A stretch of 62,713 nt of DNA from Octopus sinensis (taxonomy: Eukaryota). The DNA is taken from assembly GCF_006345805.1 (NCBI RefSeq), contig NW_021831996.1, positions 1-62,713 of the forward strand. Reading direction: 5' to 3'. Each line of letters opens with the position of its first letter. Within the stretch, counting starts at the first letter, position 1. Below the pieces are notes generated by a model. That model was not told where the DNA came from, made no database searches, and saw only the letters and a program-made list of their open reading frames with translations. Both the position numbers and the translations under genes were made by a program. Below are positions 1-11,787 of this stretch, in pieces.

Positions 1-171
1 GTATGTATGTATGTATGTATGTATGTATGGGTATTATGTATGTATGTATGTATGTATGTATGTTGTGTGATGTATGTATATGTGTATGTATGTATGTATG
101 TATGTATGTATTTAGATTAGAAACTGGCTCTTTCTCTATTGGCAAGAAATCTTGAGATAAAACTGAATAAT

Positions 172-515
172 TACGAGGCTGAGTCAAAAAGTAATGCCAT
201 TTTGTTTAGGACAGTTGTTATAATTACCAACACAGGAACATGTATCATAGATCAAAATGAAGCTGGTCCTTTGTAGATCACATCCCTACTTCTCAACATA
301 GTCATCGTTTCTCTCAATAGCAATGTTCCACCTTCGAATGAGAGCATGTATCCCTGCCCCGAAAAATTCTATTGACTGTTCTTTGAACCACTTCTTCACC
401 ACCTCCACACTCACCAGAATTAGCGTCTTCAGGTTATCATCTCTTCACCTCCACGAAAGGGGGTCTGAGAAGCAAACATTATTCCAGTGACGAGGAAGTG
501 AAAGCTGTAGTGAAG
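172..515 (-). mobile_element. Mariner transposon 3' remnant with internal inversion
   Basis: TA + TIR-like CGAGGCTGAGTCAAAAAG at 172-191. Minus strand encodes VVKKWFKEQSIEFFGAGIHALIRRWNIAIERNDDYVEK* (stop 286-288). Plus strand 462-515 encodes the preceding segment GLRSKHYSSDEEVKAVVK. Confidence 0.75.
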
Positions 516-844
516 ATGTATGTATGTATGTATGTAGGTAGGTAGGTAGGTATGTAGGTATGTATGTATGTTATGTATATAACATACATACATACATACA
601 TACATCTCGATTCCCCCTCCACATCCTTCCCCTTGTCTTTCTTCCACTTCCTCTCCTCGTCAACCTTTTTCTTTTTCGTTCTCTACCATAGAAAATGGGA
701 AGATGTAGTTGAACAAAAAACACACAATAAAGATCACTGCGGCACAACTGTAACCCAAACTCAATAGTAAAGGCTGGATACGCTGATGTGTAACTGGAGA
801 GACGGGTACAAATGGTCAATTGAAGGGGAAACAAGTGTGAGCAT

Positions 845-845
845 G

Positions 846-920
<75 letters not shown>
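845..920. repeat. (AAAG)n microsatellite
   Basis: Direct reading. One of many microsatellites in the window: (TACA)n, (TA)n, (CA)n, (GATA)n, (GATG)n, (AAT)n. Confidence 0.95.
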
Positions 921-1544
921 ACCGACTGCAGTACTTGGTTGGTATTTTATTCAGCAACCCCCCAAAAGGGAGAAAGCTACATCGATCTAGGCGGGATCTG
1001 AACCAAGAATTCAGAGAGCAGGACGACTATCGCAGGGCATTCCATCGACGCTCAAATGACTCTCTGCTAATGTTAACAGATTGTTGAACATTTGTAGAGG
1101 CTCCCTCGTTGGCCAATGGTTATATAAGTGTATAATGATTGATGACTGGTAATGTATGTAGGATGTATGATGTATGTATGTATATAATGTATGTATGTAT
1201 GTATGTATGTATGTATGTATGTATGTATGTATGTATGTATGTATGTATGTATGTATGTAGCAATCTATCTATGTGTGCGAGCGTTGTGTATGTTTGTACG
1301 TCTGCATGCGTGTGCGCGTGCGTTGTGTGTATGTGCACGAGTATTTGAGTAAAATATTAAGCCGATTATTGATAATCTAAGTTACGTTTGCACCAGAACA
1401 GTCAGGCTCTAGCAAAGACAGAAGAGGCATTCAACCCACGAAACAATAACAACAAAAGTAACGACAAAATAATGTAAAGACGGCAGTGAACATTGAAAAG
1501 AGAGAGAAAATAACGTTTCAAACGTATAGCAATGGTTGTTATAT

Positions 1545-1750
1545 GTCTCAGTGAGAATGTTTGCAATAGGTTCCAGTGTATCTAGAATGTTTTCTATATG
1601 TCCCAATCTATCTAGAATGTTTGCTATATGTCACGGTGTATTTCGGATGACATATGTTCCAGTAAATCTAGAATGTTTGATATATATCCTGGTGTGTTTG
1701 GAATGTCTGATACAAATCTCAGTGTATCTAGAGTGTTTGATAAATAACCC
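1545..1750. repeat. ~30-bp minisatellite, about 7 degenerate units
   Basis: Recurring unit resembling AGTGTATCTAGAATGTTTGATATATGTCCC. Confidence 0.75.
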
Positions 1751-2158
1751 ATCATTGAATGTCCAAAATATATATCCTTGCGTGTAAAGGTGCTTTATAT
1801 TATTAATCTCAACGACTAAGCTAGCAGAACCCGTATTTCTTCCGGTCTTTTACGTTTCAAATCCCAGTTATCAACTTTGTCTTTCATTCTAACGGGGTCG
1901 CTAATATAAAGTACCAGTCAAGTACCGATGCTACTGGCTAATCTCTTCCCTTCAAAACTGATGGCCTTCTGCAAATTTTAAATGCACTTCAGTTTTCTCG
2001 CTCCATTCTTGAACAATTTGCTCATGCTCCATCATTACTTTTCACTTTATTGTTTGCAGATGTGGGTTTTAGTGTAGGGAGACTTCATCCTTTAGAGGCG
2101 GGCTTTCAGTCATTCTTTCTCCCTTTCCTTCGGTCGGTTTAGGATGATAGAATCTTAC

Positions 2159-2257
2159 TTGGCTTCGCCTTTCTTTGTGATATTTAAATCACCGCAGAAC
2201 ATCGTAATTTTCCGGATAACCTGCTTCGACGGGATAACACGAAATACCCTGGTATGC
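2159..2257 (-). CDS. Candidate host-gene exon (99 nt, symmetric phase 2), protein unrecognised
   Basis: Acceptor GATATTCTAG|G, open frame HTRVFRVIPSKQVIRKITMFCGDLNITKKGEAK, donor CAA|GTAAGA. In-frame stops lie just outside both ends. The sequence is non-repetitive. Confidence 0.3.
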
Positions 2258-3261
2258 CTAGAATATCAGATATCCCTGTAAGACTAGAACCACCTGTTGA
2301 AAGTTCGACCGCTTGGTCATGGAAGGTTTGGGAACAACCCATAAAGCTGATGATGCATACTTCAATTGGATTTTAGAAGGTAAATTTAGGAGTGTAAATT
2401 TGTAATGCAAATTTCTCATGCAAACAAACACCAGGTTTGCACGCGAAATAGGACGCAGAACAGAAGCAGCAGTAGTACCAGTAAAAGCAACAGCAGCAGC
2501 AGTAGTAGTAGTAGTAGTAGTAGTTGCTTAATCACTGGCCAGCCCCGATTGAGCCTCTTAAAAAAAAAGACATTCCATCTATGGCCATCCATCCCAGGAA
2601 TGCTACAGGAGCACATTATCGATGTATCTTTCTCGTTTGAAAGCCATAGGGTGTGGACTGAAGACGATTTAGCTGCTGTTTCTAGAAGGCCGTGTGACCA
2701 CCTACACTCCCTCTTTGATAAGTAGTAGTAGTAGTAGTAGCAGCAGCAGCAGCAATAGTGGCAGTGGAAGCAGCAACAAAAACAGTAGCAGTAAAGAAGT
2801 GGTGTGTCAAAGTAGCTCTACTTACTTGCACCAAATGCTAGAAATGGCAGCTAAATTTCGCACATATCACACGCAACAGCCATTAAATAAAATAAAACAT
2901 GAAACTTTCGCCAATGTGGTTCAAAATATATCAATATACAGGATGGTCACAGTCGGAACACTTTTGATCACATATATGTACTAACAAGAATCCCCTGGGG
3001 AGCTAAACAATACCAGTAACAACATTACTGTTGATCAAAGGCACTCCTGCGGTCATCATCCCACTATCATTTCTTGACAAAACGGCTGAAGCAATGTGTG
3101 TCCAGGACTAATATTATCCAACGTGTCGTTCCTTTTTCTTAGGATGGGAAGCACATGATTTGAGGAAGAACTGGCTGGTATTTCTAATACAACCAGCGAC
3201 CAGTCAGCGGTCGGTTAGATACTATTAAGCATTAAAGTTGTGTGATATTAATGTTGAAGAT

Positions 3262-3468
3262 AAGGCGGCGAACTGGCAGAATCGTTAGCATGCCGGGAAA
3301 AAATGCTTAGCGGCATTTCGTCCGTCATTACTTTCTGAGTTCAAATTCCTCTGGGGTCGACTTTGCCTTTCATCGATGAATTAAATACTAGTGAAACACC
3401 GAGGTCGATGTAATCGACTATCCTCGCCCCAAAATTGCAGGCCTTGCGCATATAGTAGAAAGGATATT
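3262..3468 (+). mobile_element. SINE family A, tail type 2
   Basis: Head AAGGCGGCGAACTGGCAGAATCGTTAGC, GAGTTCAAAT box, central GTCGACTTTGCCTTTCATC domain. This domain resembles the Meta/MESC SINE domain as I recall it. Confidence 0.8.
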
Positions 3469-3605
3469 AATGGTGGAGATGTCTAGCCCTAGGTCAGTGT
3501 CGATCAAACATCCTATAAATCAAAGACGTTCGTGCACTGACGAATTTCTTCTTTTAGGCGGTGTATCAAGCAACGTGAACCTAGAACTAATATTATTTAC
3601 AACAT

Positions 3606-4010
3606 AAGGCGGCGAGCTGGCAGAAACGTTAGCACGCCGGGCGAAATGCGTAGCCGTATTTCGTCTGCCGTTACGTTCTGAGTTCAAATTCCGCCGAGGT
3701 CGACTTTGCCTTTCATCCTTTCGGGGTCGATAAATTAAGTACCAATTACGCACTGGGATCGATATAATCGACTTAATCCGTTTGTCTGTCCTTGTTTGTC
3801 CTCTCTGTGTTTAGCCCCTTGTGGGTAGTAAAGAAATAGGCATTTCGTCTGCCGTTACGTTCTGAGTTCAAATTCCGCCGAGGTCGACTTTGCCTTTCAT
3901 CCTTTCGGGGTCGATAAATTAAGTACCAGCTGAATACTGAGGTCGATGTAATCGACTGGACCCCCTCCCCTTAATTTCGGGCCTTGTGCTTTGATTAGAA
4001 AAGAATATAA
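3606..4010 (+). mobile_element. SINE family A dimer (tail-1 monomer 3606-3838, then head-truncated tail-2 monomer)
   Basis: Two consecutive copies of TTCTGAGTTCAAATTCCGCCGAGGTCGACTTTGCCTTTCATCCTTTCGGGGTCGATAAATTAAGTACCA, with different 3' tails. Confidence 0.85.
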
Positions 4011-4550
4011 TTTACAACATATCCTTCCTTTTGTCATGATGATAGTATGCGATTTGAGAGTAATCTGGCTGATATTTCCAGCAAAACCAACGACCGGGAA
4101 AAAGCTGGTCAGCGTTAATGACGCAGACTTGATCAAATGCATGTCCCATTTCTTTTTGCTTTATTTGATTTATATATATTTTCTTTCAACGAAACTATAT
4201 ACTGTAATTTCAAGAGAGATTTGACTGCTATTTCTAGCGGATCGCGTGGAAACATAGTTGTGACCCCTCATTGGTTCATTTCTAGGTGAGCCGTCATTAT
4301 GCATATCCTGTTGCACCCAGCCTGCTGATGGAGCGGACATATTTCTTTCTTTCTTACCTTCTTTTCTTTTCCTTTTTTCGCTTTTTTTTTAAACTTTTAA
4401 ACAACTGCTCAATTCTTTTGTTTACAGCTGACTATGTTTACAGCAGCAGATATACTTACAGATGTATGTGTGCGCGTGTGTGTGTGTATTATACACGCAC
4501 AAATACATATGCTAACAACTACATATGTGTGTATATATATATATATATAT

Positions 4551-4729
4551 AATTTTATTTTTATCTAGTTTCAGCTCACGAGCTGTGGCCATGCTGGGGC
4601 ACCGCCATTAATGGAATGCTTACAGCACCAAGGTTTCCCAAGCGGTCACCCATCTAAGTACTAACTAGGCTCGATGTTGCTTAACTTCGGTGATCGGACG
4701 AGAACCGGTGCTTTCAATGTGATATGGCC
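4551..4729 (-). mobile_element. 5S rRNA head fused to a SINE/LINE-type tail (SINE3-like chimera)
   Basis: 5S sequence followed by GGCGGTGCCCCAGCATGGCCACAGCTCGTGAGCTGAAACTAGA and (TAAAA)n. The tail is homologous to the SINE B tail. Confidence 0.7.
4615..4729 (-). pseudogene. 5S rRNA-derived sequence lacking the first ~6 nt
   Basis: GGCCATATCACATTGAAAGCACCGGTTCTCGTCCGATCACCGAAGTTAAGCAACATCGAGCCTAGTTAGTACTTAGATGGGTGACCGCTTGGGAAACCTTGGTGCTGTAAGCATT matches the metazoan 5S consensus, including the internal promoter boxes. Confidence 0.9.
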
Positions 4730-4827
<98 letters not shown>

Positions 4828-4879
4828 ATATATATATAATATATATATATATATATAGATATATATATATATATATAAT

Positions 4880-4918
<39 letters not shown>

Positions 4919-4919
4919 A

Positions 4920-5475
4920 CAGTAATACCTCACTTTACGAAGACCCACTTTACGAGACTCTAGGTTCACGAGTTTTACTTTTCAAGCACAAGGTCCAATT
5001 TTGAACGAAGTACAAAAGTTTCTCCGACCTTAACAAATGCTTCTGCGTGTTACTGAAAATTTACAGAGAGCGAAAAAAATAAAGCTTTTTCTAAGCAAAC
5101 AAGTCTAGAATATTTTTAAAAAGAAATCTACAAATCTGTCTACGAGTGCTTGTGAATCGGTGATCGAGTTTATATGTGATGGTGTGCGCGAGTCTGGTGA
5201 GAGTGAAAACGATAATGATAATAATATCTTTTATTATAATTAACCATGACATTCTTTTCACTTCATATAAAATATTCTTCACATTCTACTGTTGTTTTAT
5301 TGCTATTTATTTAGGAGTATTATAAATTTTATAGGTAAGATATTTTTCTGGGAACGAATTACGATTTATAACATTGCTACTATGGGAAATTATAGCTCTG
5401 CTTTACGAGCTTTTACTTTACTTGCAGTCTCCGGGGACAAATTAACTCGTATACCGAGGCATCGAGGTATTACTG
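4920..5475. mobile_element. pogo/Tigger-type MITE
   Basis: TIRs CAGTAATACCTC / GAGGTATTACTG with flanking TA. Subterminal CTTTACGA repeats. Confidence 0.75.
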
Positions 5476-5485
5476 TATATACATT

Positions 5486-5522
<37 letters not shown>

Positions 5523-6319
5523 GTATGTATATATATATATATATGTATGTATGTATACGTATATATATATATGTATGTATTTGTGTGTTTGTGTTTGTCC
5601 CCCCACCATCACTTGACAACCGTTGTTGGAGCGTTTTTACGTACCCCTAACTTACCGGTTCGGTAAAAGAGACCGACAGAATAAGTACTAGGCTTACAAA
5701 GAATAAGTCATGAGATCGATTTGTTCGACTAAAGGCGATGCTCCTGCATGGCCGCAGTCAAAATGACTGAAACACGTATATATAAGCAGACACACGTGCA
5801 TGGGCACACACACAAATGCTCCCACATAGACACACACTCACGTCAGTGTGCATATGTATATATATCTTTCATTATTCAGAAGGTCCCCTGCTTTCGGCCA
5901 AGTCCCCTCGAATCCCTGTTGCTCATATTACCATATGTTTCTCACAGAAGATAAACGAAAAGGAAAAGAGAAGAAAAGAGGCGATAAAGAGACGAGGTAA
6001 AAGGATGAAGGTCAGCAAAAGAAAGAAGAAGCAGAAGAAGGAAAAGGAGGAAGAGATTTAGTGGAAAGCTGCTTAGCTAAGCGCATATAGATTGCAGTAT
6101 CGGTTAAAATGGGAGGCAAGCAGACGACAGTGTCACATGCAAAGGAATTTGTCCAATCAGCTTAATTTGGACCAGATATTGGAGGAGTAAGAGGTGGGGA
6201 ATTGTGGTAGTAGGAGGGGTGCTGAAAAGAAAGTGGCGAGATGTAGAGTTGAGCGGTGAGTGGGAGCAAGGAGAGGGGAATGATTGAGAGTGAGACAGCA
6301 CACACACACACACACGTAG

Positions 6320-6390
<71 letters not shown>

Positions 6391-6395
6391 TAGAC

Positions 6396-6442
<47 letters not shown>

Positions 6443-6494
6443 AGACAGACAGACAGACAGACAGACAGACAGGCAGACAGACAGATATACATAC

Positions 6495-6534
<40 letters not shown>

Positions 6535-6632
6535 CACACGCATACATACACACACACACACATTTAAAAATACATGTTTACAATAACCGTCCAGAGTTAG
6601 CCGTCGTATGTGCCCCAACGTATGTGCCCACA

Positions 6633-7428
6633 TATGTGCCACAACGAATTTTATAACTTCCAGAAAAATTGATATTTTTTATTTAAAGTTTTTTTACAAA
6701 TATGCTTCAGGTGTCGTAGATTCTAATTCTATCGGAATTTGTTGTGAAATAAATTGTGATATGTGTCAGTACGTATTTGTACTCTGCAGCTAATTTTTAC
6801 TTCCATGTTAAATTCCGATATATTCGCGATCTACACTAAAAGGTATTTGTCGAAATTTTCATTTAAAAATAACCACTTTTTCGATAGTTATGAGGAAACA
6901 AATCCGACTCGTATACATTTTCTGAAACCCCTTCTCTCACTCCCAGATGTTTCGCATTGTGCAGATTTTGATAATATGAGAATTTGTTGTGAAAATACTT
7001 TTACAAGGGTAATGAGAGGAGTTTCGGAAAATCACACGAGTCCCTATCATTTTTTTTATTTTATTTTCACAACTACCAGAAAAATGGGCATTTTTTCATA
7101 AAATTTACTGCAAATACCTCTCAGAGTAGATTACAGTTGTATCAGAATTTAATAAAAACAAAAAAAGAATTGGTGGGACATACTGATGCGCATAACATAT
7201 ATCTACAGAGCAAAACTTGTTTCAGTGTATGTCTGCTAGCTCAACATTTTTCTTTTCACATAAAATTTCTCTATATTTACACGCTCTGAAAAGCATTTAT
7301 AATAATAATAATAATAAAATTTCAGTTAAAAGGACACATTTTCCCGAAGCGTATTCGTAAAAAACAATTTCATTACAAATGTTTTCTTTTTCTGGAAGTT
7401 ATGAGAAAACAAAATTGGTGGGACACAT
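6633..7428. mobile_element. Probable non-autonomous DNA transposon
   Basis: Imperfect inverted ends: ATGTGCCACAAC..ATAACTTCCAGAAAAA vs TTTTTCTGGAAGTTAT..GGTGGGACACAT. Confidence 0.4.
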
Positions 7429-7462
7429 TCATTGCTTTAACATAAGTGATACTAAGATTACA

Positions 7463-7660
7463 TTGTTATAAGGCGGCGAAATTCGTAGCTGTATTTCGTC
7501 TGCCGTTACGTTCTGAGTTCAAATTCCGCCGAGGTCGACTTCGCTTTTCATCCTTTCGGGGGTCGATAAATTAAGTACCGGTTACGCACTGGGGTCGATG
7601 TAATCGACTTAATCCGTTTGTCCCCTCTGTGTTTAGCCCCTTGTGGGTAATAAAGAAACA
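7463..7660 (+). mobile_element. SINE family A with 15-bp TSD
   Basis: TSD GATACTAAGATTACA at 7448-7462 and 7661-7675. Confidence 0.9.
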
Positions 7661-7820
7661 GATACTAAGATTACACTCCAGCTTGCTTCTCATCACTTTC
7701 ATCTTGTCTGCATCGATATATAATTAATTACATAACTGTCTATATATAAACAAGGAATATGTTTCTTTCGTTCAGTTTGTATCACAAGGGTGACAATAAT
7801 GTGAAAGAGACGGCCTCAAT

Positions 7821-8214
7821 TTTTACTCTTTTACTCTTTTACTTGTTTCAGTCATTTGACTGCGGCCATGCTGGAGCACCGCCTTTAGTCGAGCAAATCG
7901 ACCCCGGGACTTATACTTTGTAAGCCCAGTACTTATTCTATTGGTCTCTTTTGCTGAACCGCTAAATGACGGGGACATAAACACACCAGCATCGGTTGTC
8001 AAGCAATGCTAAGGGGACAAACACACACACATACACATATATACATATATACGACAGGCTTCTTTCAGTTTCCGTCTACCAAATCCACTCACAAGGCATT
8101 GGTCGGCCCGGGGCTATAGCAGAAGACACTTGCCCAAGATACCACACCGTGGGACTGAACCTGGAATCATGTGGTTGGTTAGCAAGCTACTTACCACACA
8201 GCCACTCCTGCGCC
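7821..8214 (-). mobile_element. SINE family B, full length
   Basis: tRNA-like head, GGCAAGTGTCTTCT CORE-like motif, internal (TA/TG)n, tail GGCGGTGCTCCAGCATGGCCGCAGTCAAATGACTGAAAC + (AAAAGAGT)n. Confidence 0.85.
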
Positions 8215-8310
8215 TATTGTTCACTACAAATAAATGTAAATAAGATAACGGTATTTATGATGTTGCGTTTAGTAACAAATATTAACTGTATTAAAAATGC
8301 ATCGTTGTGC

Positions 8311-8388
<78 letters not shown>

Positions 8389-8639
8389 TGTGTTTGTGTC
8401 TGAGTGAGTGAGTGTGCGTGTGTGTGAGAGTATTAAAATTCATTGGCAGTATTTAGGTAGTAAATTTTCATGCCCGTTCTTTTTTTCATAATTGCATTCA
8501 TTTCATCTTATTGCTGTACTTTTCGCTTTCCATTATTGTTCGAGCTTCATTCATGTTGCATGTGTTGCTGCTCCGAAATGCACCATAAATATCCGTTTAT
8601 ATTTAAATCTGACGATTATACGGACCAATCCAAACGGTC

Positions 8640-9262
8640 TACTTCACTTTTATGCTCTTCTTACCAAAGTTAAATAACATGCGTATTGGCGTATTATCAT
8701 CCTGGAAGATTGTGCTAGGATGAACTTGATCAGTCAAAATACTCAGATAATTTTTGGCGTTACTTCTGCTATTTAGAACAACCAGAGAACATAGAGTATT
8801 CCATAATATGGCTGCCTGAATCATAACAGAGCCATGATTCATCAGAGAAGATAACACTGTTCTGATAGTCTAGACACCAATTTTTTCTCTTATCAATGCT
8901 GATGGGGGGAAAGAGAGGTTAAGTAATTACAGCCCTGTCGTGTTATCCAGATTTGTAGAGTTTCCGATGAACAGTTTTCGTTGACACAGGGACGGCAAGG
9001 TGGTAGCTCAAATCTACTGTCATAGTTCGACGGCTTTTAGACGTTTTACAATTCTGCAATCCTTCTCTGTGAGCATGTCTTCCGACCAGAATCATAGTTT
9101 CCTGAGCTGGTTTTACTTGGCTTTGTAATACCAAACTGATTCTTGAGACTATAACTCTTGAAACATTAAACAATTCAGCAGCGTTTGTGGCCGAAGCTCC
9201 AACCAGCTGCTCTCCAACAATCTGACCCTTTCGAAAATCAGATAGGCAACACGCTTTAACTC
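8640..9262 (-). mobile_element. Decayed Tc1-family transposase
   Basis: SDFRKGQIVG..ASAT..AELFNVSR (HTH), PVSTKTVHRKL, GSVMI, QVHP..IFQDDNTPI. The matching TIR CAGGGATTGGACAAAACAATGGAAACACC + TA ends at 11145. Confidence 0.85.
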
Positions 9263-9267
9263 ATCTA

Positions 9268-9832
9268 AGGCGCAGGAGTGACTGTGTGATAAGAAGTTTG
9301 CTTCCCAACTACATTGTTCCGGTTTCAGTCCCTGTGCGTGGCACCATGGATAAGAGTCTTCTACCATAATCTTTCCCGCCAATCAAACTTTGAGGGTTGA
9401 TTTCGTAGACGGAAACTGAAAGATACCTTTCAATTATACACACACACGCACATACACAAAACGAGGAGTGGTTGCGTGGTAAGAAGCTTGTTTTCCAACA
9501 ACATGGTTCCGGTTCAGTCCTACTGCGTGCACCTTGAACTAGTGTCTTCAACAATAGCCTCGACCGACCAAAGTCTTGTGAGTGGATTTGGCAAGTGGAA
9601 ACTGAAAGAAGCCTGTCGGATAAATATACGTGTGTGTGCGTGTGCGTGTGTGTGTGTGTGTTGTGTGTGTGTGTGCGTGTGTTGTGTTGTGTCTGTGTTT
9701 GCCTCCCACCACCGCTCGACAACCGGAGTTGGTGTACTTACGTTCCCGTAACTTAGTGGTTCAGCCAAGGGACCGATAGAATAAGTACTAGGCTTGAAAA
9801 CAATAAGTCCTGGAGTCGATTTGTTCGACTAA
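9268..9832 (+). mobile_element. Two tandem SINE B copies (9268-9430 partial; 9463-9832)
   Basis: Two heads, AGGAGTGACTGTGTGATAAGAAG and AGGAGTGGTTGCGTGGTAAGAAG, inserted in the Tc1 5' region. Confidence 0.8.
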
Positions 9833-9869
9833 AACCATTCATTATTCCTTTTCCTTATTTTAGCGAAAA

Positions 9870-10880
9870 AATAAAATATACACCTATCACCAGCCCAACA
9901 ATAAGGAAAAGGAATAATAGAAATAGGAAGGTCATCTGGTTTACGCCCCCTTACTCACCCGAGGTGGCCTTCAATATAGGTAAATATTTCCTAGCACTGA
10001 TAGATAGACATTTTCCAGTTAACCATGCTTATAGGAAACTCTTCAATAGGCACAATTAAAAATTAGTTTTAGTTCAACTACCAATTTTAAAAACATAATC
10101 AATCATAACATACAAAAACACAAGAAGAAAACAGCTGTTCATGCAGGAATAAAGAATTGTGCCCGCTAAATGGAGCTTGCATGTCCAAGACCATCATATA
10201 TGAAGCTACCGTAAACTCTATAACCACTAAAGACACCGTTTCGACGAAGAAATACGTGGGCCTGACAGAGGGTAATTTCAAGGTTAGGTTCAATAACCAC
10301 ACTTTGAGCTTTAGGCACTGGAACAAAAGAAAAGCGACACAATTATCCAATCATATTTGGTCTTTAAGAGATAAAGGTGTCGATTATAACATACAATGGA
10401 AGATTTTGGCCAGATGTAAGCCCTATACTAACGGCAGCGGAAGGTGCGGTTTATGCGACATGGAGAGATGGCTTATCTGGAAAAGCAGCTTAGACCCTAC
10501 CACATGTCTAAATACAAGGACAGAGCTTTTCGGATCATGCCCACATGTGACTAAATTTCTGTTACGTTTTTGGTCCCCTAAAGAAAACGGATAGAACATG
10601 CTTTCTGTGTTATGTCCCAAGAAGATTTTATATATTTTTATATATTTTTATATATTTTTATGTATTTTTATATATTTTTATGACGAAAAATGCGAGCGAT
10701 GTATAAGTACGCAGGCAAAAGCAGAGTTATAACAGAGTAATTTCCCTTCATTTTTAACGGTATTTTTTCATAACGTTTTCAAATAGCCAGATAACCGAAG
10801 AGATGGTGTTGTGGATTTCCACTTCGGCATCTGAAACTCAGAGTTTTATCTTGACTACCGAGTAATGTAACATATTGTAT
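9870..10880 (+). mobile_element. Penelope-like element 3' fragment (linker + GIY-YIG + 3' UTR/pLTR)
   Basis: RKVIWFTPPYS..NIGKYFLALIDRHFP; CSCRNKELCPLNGAC..IIY..YVGLT..FK.RFNNH..LS.HIW.L..W.IL..C.LC; stop at 10594; ends in (TA)n. Confidence 0.9.
10790..10850 (+). ncRNA. Type I hammerhead-like motif, family H1 (C4 variant)
   Basis: Stem I GATAA/TTATC, core CCGAAGA, stem II GATG/CATC plus one extra U, GAAA, stem III AC-TCAGA-GT, GUU site. Confidence 0.6.
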
Positions 10881-10888
10881 AGTTATAT

Positions 10889-10933
<45 letters not shown>

Positions 10934-10948
10934 TATAATATATATATA

Positions 10949-11019
<71 letters not shown>

Positions 11020-11059
11020 GTATGTATGTATGTATGTATGTATGTATACATGCTAGAAA

Positions 11060-11145
11060 AATTATGAATTTTTCATATTGCCAATAGAAAAAACAAAATA
11101 GTTAAATAAATAAAACGGTGTTTCCATTGTTTTGTCCAATCCCTG
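11060..11145 (-). mobile_element. Tc1 5' terminus (TIR)
   Basis: GGTGTTTCCATTGTTTTGTCCAATCCCTG followed by TA. Confidence 0.75.
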
Positions 11146-11368
11146 TATCTGTGCGTATGTATATGTATACATATGTGTCGATGTGTGTGTGTGTGTGTGT
11201 GTGTGAGTGTAATTTTTGTGTCTATTTGCTTGTGTGTGTATCTGCATAGACACACACACACAATCAATCAGATATAAACACAAATTATCTTTATTAACAT
11301 AACAACTATGTATATGAAGTTAAATGGTACAATACATTACGACTCTATAGATAAATGTTGAACAAAAT

Positions 11369-11787
11369 AGGCGCAGGAGTGGCTGTGTGGTAAGTAGCTT
11401 GCTTACCAACCACATGGTTCCGGGTTCAGTCCCATTGCGTGGCATCTTGAGCAAGTGTCTTCTACTATAGCCACGGGCTAACCAATGCTTTGTGAGTGGA
11501 TTTGGTAGACGGAAACTGAAAGAAGCCCGTCGTATATATGTATGTATATATATATATGTGTGTGTGTGTGTATGTTTGTGTGTCTGTGTTTGTCCCCCTA
11601 GCATTGCTTGACAACCGATGCTGGTGTGTTTACGTCCCCGTTACTTAGCGGTTCGGCAAACGAGACCGATAGAATAAGTACTGGGCTTACAAAGAATAAG
11701 TCCCGGGGTCGATTTGCTCGACTAAAGGCGGTGCTCCTGCATGGCCGCAGTCGAATGACTGAAACAAGTAAAAGAGTAAAAGAGTAA
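11369..11787 (+). mobile_element. SINE family B, full length
   Basis: Complete head, internal microsatellite, tail and (AAAAGAGT)n. Confidence 0.9.
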
